A stretch of DNA of 64,000 bases. It comes from Octopus vulgaris. Lineage: Eukaryota. The stretch covers positions 8,370,001 to 8,434,000 of the forward strand of contig OX597819.1 of the NCBI GenBank assembly GCA_951406725.2. Direction: 5' to 3'. The position numbers were made by a program, and so were the translations under genes. Position 1 is the stretch's first letter. Every line of letters starts with the position of its first letter. Below the pieces are notes generated by a model. That model ran no database searches. It was not told the DNA's origin and worked only from the letters and a program-made list of their open reading frames with translations. Shown here piece by piece: positions 27,363-42,912 of the stretch.

Positions 27363-27746
27363 TGGAGGCGCAATGGCCCAGTGGTTAGGGAAGCGGACTC
27401 GCGGTCATAGGATCGCGGTTTCGATTCCCAGACCGGGCGTTGTGAGTGTTTATTGAGCGAAAACACCTAAAAGCTCTACGAGGCTCCGGCAGGGGATGGT
27501 GGTGATCCCTGCTGTACTCTTTCACCACAACTTTCTCTCACTCTTACTTCCTGTTTCTGTTGTACCTGTATTTCAAAGGGCCGGCCTTGTCACTCTCTGT
27601 GTCACGCTGAATATCCCCGAGAACTACGTTAAGGGTGCACGTGTCTGTGGAGTGCTGAGTCACTTACACGTTAATTTCACGAGCAGGCTGTTCCGTTGAT
27701 CGGATCAACCGGAACCCTCATCGTCGTAACCGACCGAGTGCTTCCA
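27363..27746 (+). mobile_element. SINE family B
   Basis: Full length; TSD ATAACGTTAAAA. Confidence 0.92.
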
Positions 27747-29391
27747 TAACGTTAAAAATAATTGTAGCTTCGTTTGAGTTCTGAAGAGAAACAAACAACA
27801 AAGTCGTTTAGAAATGTCCAATAAGGTTTATAGAACGGGAGACAGAATTCTAATTTAAAGCAAAGGCAGCCTGGCATTCAGTCTTGATTAGCCCATCTTT
27901 TGTTAGAATTATTTAGCAAAAGATTATCTTGAGTGTTCATTTCGTTCAGAGGGGAAGTCGTGATTTAAGGGAATCTGCATGAGAAGCGACAGTGAAAAAT
28001 TATAGTATAATATGGCCTAAGATATTTTCATTACTGAAGGTTATGAAGATACTTTACAAATTTTACACACACACACGTACGCACACACACACAAGCACAC
28101 ACCTACACACACTGACACATATACAAACGCACATGTTCATTATAGTTTTACAAGTTTGACAATAAAAGTATAATTTATACGCTACAAAAAGTATTCAGTA
28201 ATTTATCATTTTAATGGTAAATTGTTTAGTACCAACACCTCCACGTGGCACGAATGAACAACTGTAAAGATATCTTCATTTGAAACCATTGGTTGCCTTG
28301 TTAACCCACAAGTAAAGAATATTTATCCACCAATGCAGTATTGGGCTTTCATTGTCACTGTTCAATATTGGCATATACATATAAGTGTGTATGTATGTGT
28401 GCGTGTTTGCATGTGTATGTGTATGCGTGTATGTGTGTGTGTATGAGTGTGTGTCTATGTGCCTGTGCTTGTGTGCGTGCGTGCGTGTGTGTATGTATAA
28501 AAACATACATGCTCATACACGCTCACATATAAGTAAGCAGTAAAAATCTAAAAGGTACAATCACAATGGAAAGGGATTCGGGTTGGGAAGGCGTTGTTCA
28601 AGGGGCAACATAACAAGCTGTCGGCAGAGATACAAAGACGAAAGGAAAGCAATAAGAAGGAATGTGTACGAGTACGCTTTTGCTCGTTTGCTTGTGGGAG
28701 TGTGCGCGCGTGTGTGTGCGTGCGCGTGCGCGTATGTATGTGGTAGGAGGGAAAATGTTTTCATTAATCTCAAGTGACAACCATTATTTATGGTTTTCGT
28801 TCTACAAACACAAATACAGTCATGTGTATGCACATGATCTCTGACTGAACGAAAAGCATCGCGGAGTATCAGCTGAAGCACAAAACACACACACATACAC
28901 ACACACAGGCATATTCGTATATGCGTATACGTATGTGTGTGTGTATGTATGTATATACATACACACACAAAACCCACACGTATACGCACACGCACACACA
29001 CAAACACACTTATATGTAGATATATACACGCGTATATGTATATACATGCATACACATACATAATGCATGTATATTTAAATACACACTATCACACACATTC
29101 ATGAATACACACACACACACGCTCACACACACACATATATCATGCAAAACAGCCTGCAGATTGCAGTGGTCATTGAGAAATATTTTAAGAATTATTCTTT
29201 GTGTGGCCCAGTGGTTGCGTACCCTGTTCAAGAGAATGTTATGTCGACGGAATTCCTTTGGGAAACAGTTGTTTTTCAAAGTCTGTTTTTCGTACTCTAT
29301 TCTTTGTAATCCTCAGCCATCCGTTTTCGTCATGCTTTGTTCTTGAATCCTCGTACTTCACCTTTAGTAGCTATTAAAGAAGTTATTAATT

Positions 29392-29456
<65 letters not shown>

Positions 29457-29855
29457 ACTACAACTACTACTACTACTACTACTACTGCTAAGGTTGCGAG
29501 AAAGCACAATGGTTAGCACACCGGGCAAGATGCTTTGCGGCATTTCGTCTGTCTTAACGTTCAGAGTTCAATCTCAGTCGGGTTCGACTTTGCCTTTCAT
29601 CCCTCTCAGGGCTGATAAAAGTGCTAGGGCCGATGTAATCAATCTACTTTCTCTCCCGAATACTTTAGATAAAAAAGAAAAGAACCCCTAAAATTAAATA
29701 CAATAAAGCATCCTGTCACACACCAACACACACACACCAAAAACATAGAAAACACATTTTCAACAGTCAAAGACACACCTACATTAACTCCAACCTCTTC
29801 AGCCCCACAGTCGTCACCAGATTCACTGCTATCACAACCATCTCCACCAGCATTA

Positions 29856-30088
29856 CCTATTTCTTTATTACCCACAAGGGGCTAAACATAGAGGGGACAA
29901 ACAAGGACAGACATAGGTATTAAGTCGATTACATCGACCCCAGTGCGTAACTGGTACTTAATTTATCGACCCCGAAAGGATGAAAGGCAAAGTCAACTTC
30001 GGCGGAATTTGAACTCACAACGTAACGACAAGCGAAATACCGTTAAGCATTTTGCCCGGCGTGCTAACGTTTCTGCCAGCTCTCCTCC
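29856..30088 (-). mobile_element. Meta-domain SINE (family C)
   Basis: Colinear with other family C copies. Confidence 0.88.
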
Positions 30089-30489
30089 ACAACCGCAAGA
30101 ACCCACTAAAAGGAAACACCCCCAACCGCAACACACAAACACAAGACTTCGTGCTACTGAGAAGGGCCAACAAAGAATTGAGGGCCCTCATAACACGAAG
30201 GAAGATTGAGATAGAGGGTGAAATCTTCAGCACCAGCACTTTTAAGTGCAAGAAATACTGATGAAGGTGCGTATGCGCTGTAGACAAGAAAAAACATTAG
30301 GGAGAGCCAATTTTTCTTCTTCTCTGGACTCGGTCCGGTCACTATAACGAGTTTAAGCGCATAACTGTTCGTGGCGTGGAGTCGTCCTCGCAGCAATGTC
30401 ACCTGCTCAGCGACCTCAGGTCACTATCTATAGATGTATGAGGGTCGGCAGCGACACCAGGATTTCTGACAACCGATCTAGATCCTATT

Positions 30490-30979
30490 TTCGACGACTT
30501 TGATATCTACTCATCTCAGTCGGCCAAGAATGAGAGGTGAAAACACTGAATCTCAAAGTACAGACGATCTTCCTAGACTCGGATAGTAAGTTACTGGACC
30601 TGGATGTGAACAAGTACAAAGGTAATGCTTTTAGACTGGTCGTTGTGTTCGCCCCGACAAGATTGGAGCAACCAATTTTCTGCAGACGCTTGGAAGTTTT
30701 CCTTGGGACGTTTCGCTCTTTTGTGCTAGTGAGCAAATGTTTCGCCATCTTGAATGCACGCTTGGATAGGGTAGGGCTAACTGATAGGAGCGAGGGTGTA
30801 AAAACCTCACAAACCCCTACTCCGTCGTTTCCAACTGGCTGACATGTACCGAGTGGATTTCCCGAATACGGACAGCACCGTGTCTTCCAGATCGTATCCA
30901 GATAGAGTAATTTGTAGGCCTATAGATAAAAGTAACATAAGTTGTCCTTAATCAACGTCTTCGGTTACACAGACAATAA

Positions 30980-30980
<1 letters not shown>
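30490..30980 (+). pseudogene. Decayed L1/Tx1-type APE endonuclease fragment
   Basis: LDLDVNKYKGNAFRLVVVFAPT..FCRRLEVFLGTFRSFVLV..AILNARLDRVG, then SRSYPDRVICR and GYTD; resembles the YAP / GDxN / LDR / TDH motif order. Confidence 0.65.
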
Positions 30981-31046
<66 letters not shown>

Positions 31047-31212
31047 CTTTCCCGGCTCGTCACGGTTTCAGAGATCGGATAAAACAAGTTAGTCTATTAT
31101 TGATTTTATTGTATACACATATATATATGCTCAACCCCACTCGTCCCTTGTTTTGTATTGTCCCTTTTTGTCCTGTTTTGGCCCTTGTGGCCAATAAAGA
31201 AAAGATCATTAT

Positions 31213-32420
<1,208 letters not shown>

Positions 32421-32805
32421 AACGAGAACGATGACGATTATGAGAATGCTGTTGATGATGTTGATGGTGACGATGTTGTGAAGGAGGTGGAAAGAGAGTA
32501 AGAGAAAGGGGAGAAGGATGATAATGGAGAGCAATGTCTTTGATGTTCAATGGATCATAGCGATTTTCATTCATTTTGGTGATGTGGAGCAAGGGAGAAG
32601 AGCAAGGGGGATGCAGAAAACAGTTATTTGAAGAATAAACATCAGCTATACATCTAGGAAGGGTATGTTGATGTATGTGTACGGAACCGTGTGTGCACGC
32701 ATGGATGCTTATGTGTGTGGTGCGAGGGTGTGTGTGCGTATACGTAAATATATATAACAAGGCATACACTCACAAATGCAGCAACATCAGACTAGTCGAC
32801 TCACA

Positions 32806-33132
32806 CATACATACATACATACATACATACATACATGCATACATACATACATACATGCATACATACATACATACATACATACATACATGCATGCATACAT
32901 ACATACATACATACATACATACATACATACATACATTACATACATACATACATACATACTTGCATACATGCATACATACATACACACATACATACATACA
33001 TACATACATGCATGCATACATACATACATACATACATACATGCATGCATACATACATACATACATAAATACATAAATACATACATACATACATACATACA
33101 TGCATACATACATACATACATACATACATACA

Positions 33133-33160
<28 letters not shown>
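32806..33160. repeat. (CATA)n tetranucleotide array
   Basis: Direct reading. Confidence 0.95.
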
Positions 33161-33163
<3 letters not shown>

Positions 33164-33369
33164 GATACGCAACACAAATTCACTAACGCAATATGTACAA
33201 GACAAGTAAAACGGACAACAATAATGAATTAAACAATAATATGAATGATGTTCTTGTTGATGTTGATGATGGGGGGTGGTGGTAAGATTTCCTCCGTTGG
33301 TTGGCAGAAAAAGTCATCATCACCATCATCATCATCATCTTTGTTGTTGGATTTTCTCGTTTATTATAT

Positions 33370-33577
33370 ACCAGTTAAGTACCAGTTACGCACATAGGTT
33401 GATGTAATCCACCAGACCTCTCTCCATAATTTCAGCCCTTGTGCCTATAGTAGACAGATTTACCATTATGATTATCCTTTCGGGGACGATAGAATAATTA
33501 GCAGTTAAGAACAGGGTTCGATGTAATAGGCTTAGCTCCTTCCCCGAAATTGCTGGCTTTGTGCCAAAATTTGAAGC

Positions 33578-33632
<55 letters not shown>

Positions 33633-33638
33633 ATTATT

Positions 33639-33669
<31 letters not shown>

Positions 33670-33848
33670 TGACGGAATCGTTAGCACATCGGACAAAATT
33701 CTTAGTGGCTCAAATTCCGCCGAGGTCGACTTTGCTTTCATCCTTTCTGAGTCGATAAATTAAGTACCAGTGAAACACTGGGGTCAATGTAATCAAATAG
33801 TCCCCTCCTTACAAATTTCAGGCCTTGTGCCTTTAGTAGACAGGATTA

Positions 33849-33915
<67 letters not shown>

Positions 33916-34330
33916 CAGGATTATTATTATTATCATGACGCCACCACAGTTATTGTAACGTTTCCTTGCAAAGGATCTCCATTCCTCTGGGGCTATATAA
34001 TGACAAAGTTGTTAGAGCATCGAAACAAAAAATGCTTTCTGGTCATTGTTCCGGCTCTAACTTTACCTTCCATCCTTCAGGAGATCGATAAAAATAAAAT
34101 ACCAGTTATGTCCTGGGAACAATATTAATGACTTGCATCTTTCCTCGGAATTGTTGACTTTTGGCTCAATTATTGACCCTGTTATATTTCAGATTCCGCT
34201 GAGGTTCACTTTGTCTTTCAGCGTTTTGGTGTCGTTCAAATAAGTACCAGTTGAGAACTGCGGTCGATATAATCGATTTATCTCTTCCTCCCACCAAAAT
34301 TGCTGGCCTTGTGCCAAAATTTGAAATCAT
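33370..34330 (+). mobile_element. Cluster of older, degenerate family C SINE pieces with (ATT)n tails
   Basis: Repeated AAGTACCAG...GGCCTTGTGCC(AAAATTTGAA/TTTAGTAGA) followed by (ATT)n. Similar pieces lie near 36170-36680, 48914-49130, 50450-50660 and 59400-59590. Confidence 0.75.
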
Positions 34331-35079
34331 TATTGTAATTGTTATTGATGATATTATTAAGTGATTATTACGATAAGCAACCATAACAGCAAAAACATTA
34401 ATAATATTGAATAGAATTTTGTAATGTTAAAACTGAAGAACGACAACGGTTGTGATATCGATGACAACGATTACGTCGACGACGATGATGATGACGATGA
34501 GGATGATGAGAAGGAGGAGGTGATGTATGTTGAAGACAACGATGAAGAAGAGGAGGAAGGTTATGACGATGATGATGACAACGATGCTAATGTCGTCCTC
34601 CACGCCCATCGTCAACGTTGTGTATAAATAAAATGACTGGAATTTTATTCTAAATGCAGGTTTCGATGGTAACAAATAACCTAATTTTTTTTTCATTTTC
34701 CTTTGGATTTATTCCGCTTTTATTCTCTTTTACATCCCCCTTTCAAAAAATATAATCTATTGACCTCAATTGACCTTTATTGTTTATCTTTACTATCTGC
34801 CTTTAATTGTCCAAGATCGATTCTTCAATTGTTCACAGCACTACAGAGTCAGAGACGGAGAGAGAAGACAGAGGAGAAAGGGGATGGAAAGAAATAGGGG
34901 TTAGTCAGTCATCTTTATCACAGTAATAAATTCTCCGACATTGAAGCTGCGTGTGGCATCTCGCTGGTAAATGACGCCACCGAAAATATAGCAAAATATT
35001 TTAACGCTCCGTCACACAGCTGCGAGTCTTCTCTCTCTCTCTCTCTCTCTCCACCCCCTCTCTCTCTCTCTCTCTCTCT

Positions 35080-35110
<31 letters not shown>

Positions 35111-36074
35111 CCCCCTCTCTCTCCTTCTCTCTCTCTCTCGTGTGTGTCATTGTTAGTGGGGAACGAGATGCAATCCTCAAATCATGTCTTCATGTCTGTA
35201 TGGAACATGATACATACATGTGTATACAATACACACAAATATATACACATATATGTATGTGTAAGTATATACATATATGTGTGCGTATATATATATATAT
35301 ATACATAAATACATATAGATATATGCACACACTCAACCATATATATATATACGAATATGCACATACATATATATAGGCGTGTAACTGTGTTCTAAATTTA
35401 TATATTTATATTCATGCTCATGCATTCATACATACATATATACATACGTATGTGCGCGCGTGAGCACGAGTATGAAAAAGTATGTTTATGCGTACATTTA
35501 TAAGTATTACACACAGCCATAACCACACACACACACACATACACACGCACAAACTCAGCTATGTATGCCTCTGTACGTACATATGTACGCATGCTTGTGT
35601 GTCTGTGTGTTTCCGTGTATGTCTGTGTGTGCACATTCCTACCAGAACGTCTGATTGTATGCCTGTATATTTAAATGGCTTATGTTTGCATGCATGTGTG
35701 AATGTGTCCTAATGTAAGGCACACGCTTGAATGACTACTTGTGTATGTGTGTGAGCTCCCTTCTTTTTACGTGTGAGGGCAATTATTTGTCTTTTGCTTG
35801 CAAGCCGCTAAACATTAGCCAACACATTCTATAAAAAGTGCGTGCTGCATATATGAATAGGAAACGGAATGCGCAGTGTCGTGCACTGGATAATTTTCAG
35901 TGCACGAAATCCCAGTCGCGAGGTCAGTTCGGTGCAGCGTTGATTTATTTCTTTATTTATCACCGTTATCGTCTGCATCGTTACCGTCACCAGCACAATT
36001 ATGACTAACTGGACTCTGCCACTACCGCAATGATTGTTATCTTCGGCCTCCTTTTCCCTACTTTATTATTATTA

Positions 36075-36145
<71 letters not shown>

Positions 36146-36196
36146 ATTGTTATCATAGGTCAATTTCAGGCCTTGTGCCTTTAGTAGAAAGGATTA

Positions 36197-36257
<61 letters not shown>

Positions 36258-36944
36258 TATTATTAATACTGTTATCATAGGTCAAAAAAGCCTTGCAGTA
36301 TTTAATAACAACTCTTTACATTCCGAGGTCAGGGTTCAAAGGCGCCTTTCAACTTTGCAGGATAAAACGATTAAATGAAGTACCAGTCAAGTACTGGGGG
36401 AACGAAGGGATCGCCCCCAAAACCCTCTTTTCCAAACTGCTCTGCTTTCTGCTAAATCAGATGTCTTTATTTAAACTGGTGACCTGGTAGAGCAGTTAAA
36501 ACTTCGGAAAATATGCATAGTGACATTTCTTCCGGCTCTTTTCCTTCTGAATTCAAATTCCACCGAAGTCAACGTCTTTCATCCAATTGGGGTCAATAAA
36601 ATAAAGTACTTGTCAAGTACAGGGACTAATGTGACCGACTATACTCATTAGAAAGTTTCTGGGTTAGTGCCAAAATTTAAAATATCACCATTAACATCAT
36701 CATCATCATCATCATCATAATTAATATTAAGGCGTAAGCCAGTGGAACTGCTAGAGCATCGGAGAAAAAATGCTTTGCAGTATTTTGGATTCTTTGAGCA
36801 AAGGTGTTAGCTAACAGGCTGGCTCTTGTCGATATTCTGGGAGATGAGGCGTAGTCATGCACCATATCGCCACAAAATCCACCTCACGCAATACTTCATG
36901 GAACTTGAATTTAGATCAGCTGAAAACTTTTGACGGGATTGATA

Positions 36945-37209
36945 TGGATGGAAGCACTCCGTCGGTTACGACGACGAGGGTTCCGGTTGATCCGAATCAA
37001 CGGAACAGCCTGCTCGTGAAATTAACGTGTACGTGGCTGAGCACTCCACAGACACGTGTACCCTTAACGTAGTTCTCGGGGATATTCAGCGTGACACAGA
37101 GAGTGACAAGGCCGGCCCTTTGAAATACAGGTACAACAGAAACAAGAAGAAAGAGCCAGAGAAAGTTGTGGTGAAAAAGTACAGCAGGGATCACCACCAT
37201 CCTCTGCCG
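36945..37209 (-). mobile_element. 5'-truncated SINE family B
   Basis: 3' two-thirds only; TSD GGGATTGATA. Confidence 0.9.
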
Positions 37210-37905
37210 GGGGATTGATAACACCTGATGGCTGTCCACAAGGCGGCTAGTTTTGCGCCATCTTCAGGTGAGTGATCGCTGCAATATACAGTGATATTTG
37301 TTTCGTGGTTAGTGACAGGAGAAAAAAAATTAACCACGAGAAGTCATCGGAGTTGCAGCTCAACAACGTTTGAAGCCATGCTGTACAACACCGTTGTGGG
37401 GCGCTAGAAGGACACAGATTAAATCGCTTGGGGTTTTGGTTTGATTTGCTACAAGCCTCCATGTTTATCTCATCTCAGAAAAGGCAACGACAGGGTGGCT
37501 AACCTCACTCATAAATAGGCCGAGAAGAAGCTGTCTCTGAAGAATCGGGTGGAGGTGACCAATACCTACATTGCATCTGTCATCTACTACAGTCTGACCA
37601 TCGCACTTTGCGCTGATTCAGAATGGAACACTTACAGTCACGATGTATGTGAACTAAATTCCGCTGGCCAGATAATCCATTTGCTGCAAATATCCGCTGC
37701 GTGGAGATCTTGGAATGCTATGTTTAATGATGCGACATCCCAGGTGTTTCCTTGGCGGTGTTTCTCTTGCCTCTCAGTGCTAACACGCTTCTTTCTTTCT
37801 TTCTTTCACTCTCACTTTCTCTTTTTGCCTCTGCTTTGAACTATCCACGTCTAAGTGTAATAACTATTATTTTCCCCGTACCACACTTCCTTAACTCTTC
37901 TTTCA

Positions 37906-38005
<100 letters not shown>

Positions 38006-38018
38006 GATGATGATGATG

Positions 38019-38053
<35 letters not shown>

Positions 38054-38082
38054 TATTATTATTATTATTGTTATTATTATTA

Positions 38083-38120
<38 letters not shown>

Positions 38121-38626
38121 GAGTGAGAGAGCAGTACATGCCATCAAAGTGACACTGGGGTAAAATATACGAAGCCCAATATACCCATCATGACTACCCG
38201 TCTGATAAAGGTACACCAGGCACATGCATCACAACCATATGTGCGCGACATGATGATCTCATATCAAGATAAACAGCACATGACCTTGCAGGTGGGGACC
38301 AGTTAGAATTTTCTTCAGGTTGAGTAGCCCATCCCGCTCAAAAGGTCCCTGAATATGGGTTGTTTAAGGATGTTGAAAGAACCACCCATGTTTCCAGAGG
38401 TGAATTATTCAAACCCCAAAGAATCCCTCTCAACACATGGCTATGATGCTCCCCTCCACTACTTCTGCTCGTGATCAGAGATGCACATATCGTCAGCCAC
38501 TAAGGGACATGCTCAACTGGTTAAGGTCAAACAACTGACAAGCAAATCTGTGGTATTGAGCAGAATATTTGCAGTAGCCCATCTTTTATACCAAGACAAA
38601 ACAATGTACATGATAACACTTCCAAT
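38121..38626 (-). mobile_element. Non-coding repeat (probable non-LTR 3' segment) inserted in (TAA)n
   Basis: Second copy at 52511-52872 shares the same end next to (ATT)n; this copy has (ATT)n on both sides. Confidence 0.7.
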
Positions 38627-39072
38627 TATTATAATTATAATTATTATTATTATTATTATTATTATTGCCCTAAAATTCTTGACCTCGCATATAGGTATTG
38701 AGGTTAGTATTTTAACAGACGTAAATGCTATCAGATGCAGCGGTTAACTATCGACATATCAATAATATAAGCTATTCAAAGCAATCAAAGCTCTAATCTC
38801 TCAACCGTCACCGCTAACGCAGGAACCTTCTAATATCTTCTTACTATTGTTGTTGTTTTTTTTTTTTTTTTGTTGGCATCCTTTTAATCTCGGGAGACAA
38901 TGGAGTTGCGCATAAAATAATCTAGTCCGGCTTTTACATTTCATGTCCTAATACATCTCCTGCTGTGGCTGTGTAGTCCTATCCTGGACAAACACTCCCT
39001 GTGGCAGGTGCCGCAGGTTAGTAATAATACAGGATTATTCGTAAACCCCTTTCTATATGCAAACAAATTCAA

Positions 39073-39301
39073 GGCGGCGAGCTGGCAGAATCGTTAGCAC
39101 GCCGGGCGAAATGCGTAGCCGTATTTCGTCTGTCGTTACGTTCCGAGTTCAAATTCCGCCGAGGTCGCCTTTGCCTTTCATCCTTTCGAGGTCGATAAAT
39201 AAAGTTCCAGTTACGCACTGGGGTCGATGTAATCGACTTAATCCCTTTGTCTGTCCTTATTTGTCCCCTCTATGTTTAGCCCCTTGTGGGTAGTAAAGAA
39301 A
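39073..39301 (+). mobile_element. Full-length Meta-domain SINE (family C)
   Basis: GGCGGCGAGCTGGCAGAATCGTTAG A box, GAGTTCAAATTCC B box, GCCTTTCATCCTTTCGAGGTCGATAAA core. Confidence 0.9.
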
Positions 39302-39442
39302 AATATATATGCATGTATGTGTGCTTATGTGTGTGTACATATGTGTGTGTGTGTGTGTGTGAGTATGCACTTATGTTTGTATTTGCGTGTGTGTGCGTGT
39401 ATACACACACACACACATATATACATATATATATATATACAT

Positions 39443-39490
<48 letters not shown>

Positions 39491-39529
39491 ATTGCCTTTT
39501 AGTATTAATATACTACTTCTATCATTAAT

Positions 39530-39834
39530 CATTCTATAGTTAGCCTGCTGACTATTTTTGACATCAGTGCCTCTAAAGTTGCTGTAATACCATATATCGT
39601 TGGCAGTAAGATCTGGATGATAAGCGGTGAGCGAACAGCTGTCACAGAAAAGACTCATTAAGTCAAAATCACGTGGTCTGGTAGTTCCGGTAACAATACC
39701 AAACGATTCTCGTGGGCCAACGATATAAATATGCGTGCTTTTATGTACTGTGCGTTCATATGAGATCTCCTCTGGAGGAGAATACCGCATATTCGGTGTT
39801 TTGTAGGATATAAAGATTGCTTTTCGGCATATAC

Positions 39835-39876
<42 letters not shown>

Positions 39877-40170
39877 TATATATAAAAAGAGACAAGAACG
39901 TGAAATACACAAAGAGACGACACAAAAAACGGACGGGTCATTCGAAGCCTTTAATCTTCAGTTAGGAACCGGATCATCATAGCAAATTTCGGCTATATAT
40001 ATATACATATATATATATATATACATAATACGACATAAATTTATGATTTATGAAAACTATTTCCACCTGTAGAGGTTGCGTCACAATTACCAAATCGCAA
40101 TTCAGAACAGCTCCGTAAATGAACGCTCTGAAGAATCGAGAATTCTCCAAAGTTGACATGTCAAGTAAAG
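39530..40170 (-). pseudogene. Possible very decayed mariner transposase remnant
   Basis: AYHPDLTANDIWYY resembles PYSPDLAPSDFWLF; KARIFISLA resembles HDNARPH; both matches are weak. Confidence 0.35.
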
Positions 40171-40308
40171 AACAGGTTTATTGTCTTCAGACAGTTCTAG
40201 ACAAGAGTTTCTACCACGTCGATTGTCTTACATTTCCAATAACCAAGTGACTTAGATGTATACAAAAAGAGTAGAATGCATTTAAGTTCACCACTACGCG
40301 TGTGCACG

Positions 40309-40349
<41 letters not shown>

Positions 40350-40636
40350 ACACACATAGATTACTATGTGGAAAAGTGACCCACCACCACCATCACCATC
40401 ACCACCACAGCATGGATTACCTTGAAACCATCACTCTTTCCTCACTTCTCTCTCTGTATGTGTGTGTGTGTGCGTGTGTGTGTGTGTGCGTGTGTGTGTG
40501 TGTGTACGTGTGTGCCCCTGTACGTGCGTCCGTGTGTGCGCGTGTGTGCGTTCTAAAATATTTGTTCCCACTACATTGTTAATTGTGTTGTATTTCTCTT
40601 GCTCTTTTTTTTGCAAATCAAGTACTGAACCTAATA

Positions 40637-40689
<53 letters not shown>

Positions 40690-40802
40690 CATCATTATTA
40701 TCATTATTATTATTGTTATTATTATTATTATCATTATTATTATTATTATTATTATCATCATTATTATCATTATTATTATTATTATTATTATTATCATTAT
40801 TA

Positions 40803-40842
<40 letters not shown>

Positions 40843-40871
40843 CATTATTATTATTATTGTTGTTTTTGTTT

Positions 40872-40904
<33 letters not shown>

Positions 40905-42280
40905 TCACTGAAGCCGTACTTGATACTGTCCAGCAGCCATTGATTATACTGGTTTACTAGGCTGACTAAAGAGCGATACAAGCGCCACCAATTAACAGCA
41001 AAAATAAATGTCTCCCTGGGAGACCATAAAACTAAGTTATCAACCAAAGGAAAGAAGGCGGTGAAGACCACTGCGTTTGTTAGGTTGTTGATGTTGTTGT
41101 TATGGTGGTGGTGGTGATGGTAATGTTTGTGATGGCGGTGGCGTTGGTGTTGGCGTTGGTGAAACCAAGTGTAAAATGAAAGGGAGAGAAAACAAATAGA
41201 AATTAGTTTTAAAAAAGAAGAAAGAAAATGAAAGAAAAGACAATATGGCAGCGGAAGTTGTTTGCGTGAGCGGAAGCTGTAAAGCAATTTATGTCTAGCT
41301 CTAAAAGGATAACGTACGATAACGAGAATTGAGAAAAGGTATCTTTGTTTCCCAGCAAACACGTCAGTAAAGCTTTGGTTACCATAGTTCTCATTAGTGG
41401 ACTGCACCTTCGTTTAGGATGGTCATATAGTTGGCTCAACTAAGCAATATAGCAATTATAATGCCACATCGTTAATTTCTAATGAATCATTGTTGTCGTC
41501 GCTGTTGTTGTTGTTGTTGTTGTTGTTGCCGATGTTGTTAATGTTGTTATTGCTTAACCCCATGCCCACAGTTATCGAGACAGGTGGTCTATATGACCAA
41601 AGGTATTGCCCCATTCAGTGACCCGTTCTTTTATCGACCATTTAATATGTAACATTATCGAATGCAACGGTACTCAGTTTTTGTTTGTCCTTTTTTCTTA
41701 CCCACCCCACCCCCCGATTTTGTGTTACCCTGGAGATCAAACAAATACTTGCTGCGTACATCGCATAGAAAGCTGTTTCTAAGTTAAATTTTTGCTTACC
41801 TCGCCTAATTCATCATATATGTGTACAAAAACAAAAAAATTAAGAAATCCCGTTTTCTATCACGCTTAATCCCTAGTATAGATTTCCTTAAGTCTTTTAT
41901 TTAAAAATTTTTGTGGCAAACTTTATAACAACCTCTGATTTTGGTGTGCTTCTTTCCTATTCAAGGCGCTGGGGTAAAAATTAAGATAGATTTCGCTTCT
42001 ATGTCTAGCTTTCTAATGAACTCACAGAGGCTCCTACATTGACGCGAATCGTTGAAACCGAAAGGTGAACGTGGAAAGAGAAATGTTCTGTTCTCGGGCA
42101 ATTTCCTTAAAACTTTGATTAAAGCAGCATCACTGAATGCAGTAATGATACATTATTCTATATTTTATAGAATTGTGAAGGGTAAATGTTTGCCCCGAAT
42201 AGAGACCGCCGGAATTCCAAGAAGCTCATTCTGCTGTTAATAATTAAAGAAATTGTTGAAATCTTTGTTCTACAATTCAG

Positions 42281-42912
42281 TAGAGGCGCATTTCTTAGTG
42301 GTTAGTGTGTTGAGCCCATGATCGTAAGATTGTGGTTTCGTTGCGCTCTTGAGCATAGCATGACATTTCACTTTGCTCCATGGACATGGAAGCACTCCGT
42401 CGGTTACGACGACGAGGGTTCCAGGTGATCCGAATCAACGGAACAGCCTGCTCGTGAAATTAACGTGTAAGTGGCTGAGCACTCCACAGACACGTGTACC
42501 CTTAACGTAGTTCTCGGGGATATTCAGCGTGACACAGAGAGTGACAAGGCCGGCCCTTTGAAATACAAGTACAACAGAAACAGGAAGTAAGAGTGAGAGA
42601 AAGTTGTGGTGAAAGTGTACTGCAGGGATCACCTCCCCCCCCTCTGTCGGAGCCTCGTGGAGCTTTAGGTGTTTTTAAACACTCACAACGCCCGGTCTGG
42701 GAATCGAAACCGCGATCCTACGACCGCGAGTCCGCTGCCCTAACCACTGGGCCATTGCGCCTCCACCACTTTGCTCCACTCCACTCAGCAAGCAAATAAA
42801 AAAAAGGGGGTAGTAATTCTGCAAAAGACCGGCGTCCCGTCTAGGTAGGGAGTATATAGGCCACGGAAACCGGGAAACCGACACTATGAGTCTATATGAC
42901 TCGGAAAGGATC
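42281..42912 (+). mobile_element. Older tRNA-headed SINE interrupted by a family B copy
   Basis: Head AGAGGCGCA..CTTAGTGGTTAG..GGTTTCG; tail GACCGGCGTCCCGTC..CGGAAACCGGGAAACC. Confidence 0.55.
42387..42765 (-). mobile_element. SINE family B
   Basis: Full length; TSD CACTTTGCTCCA. Confidence 0.92.

Noticed and set aside
37230-37760. Higher-complexity segment that might be a decayed transposase
   Set aside because: No diagnostic motif could be read in any frame checked.
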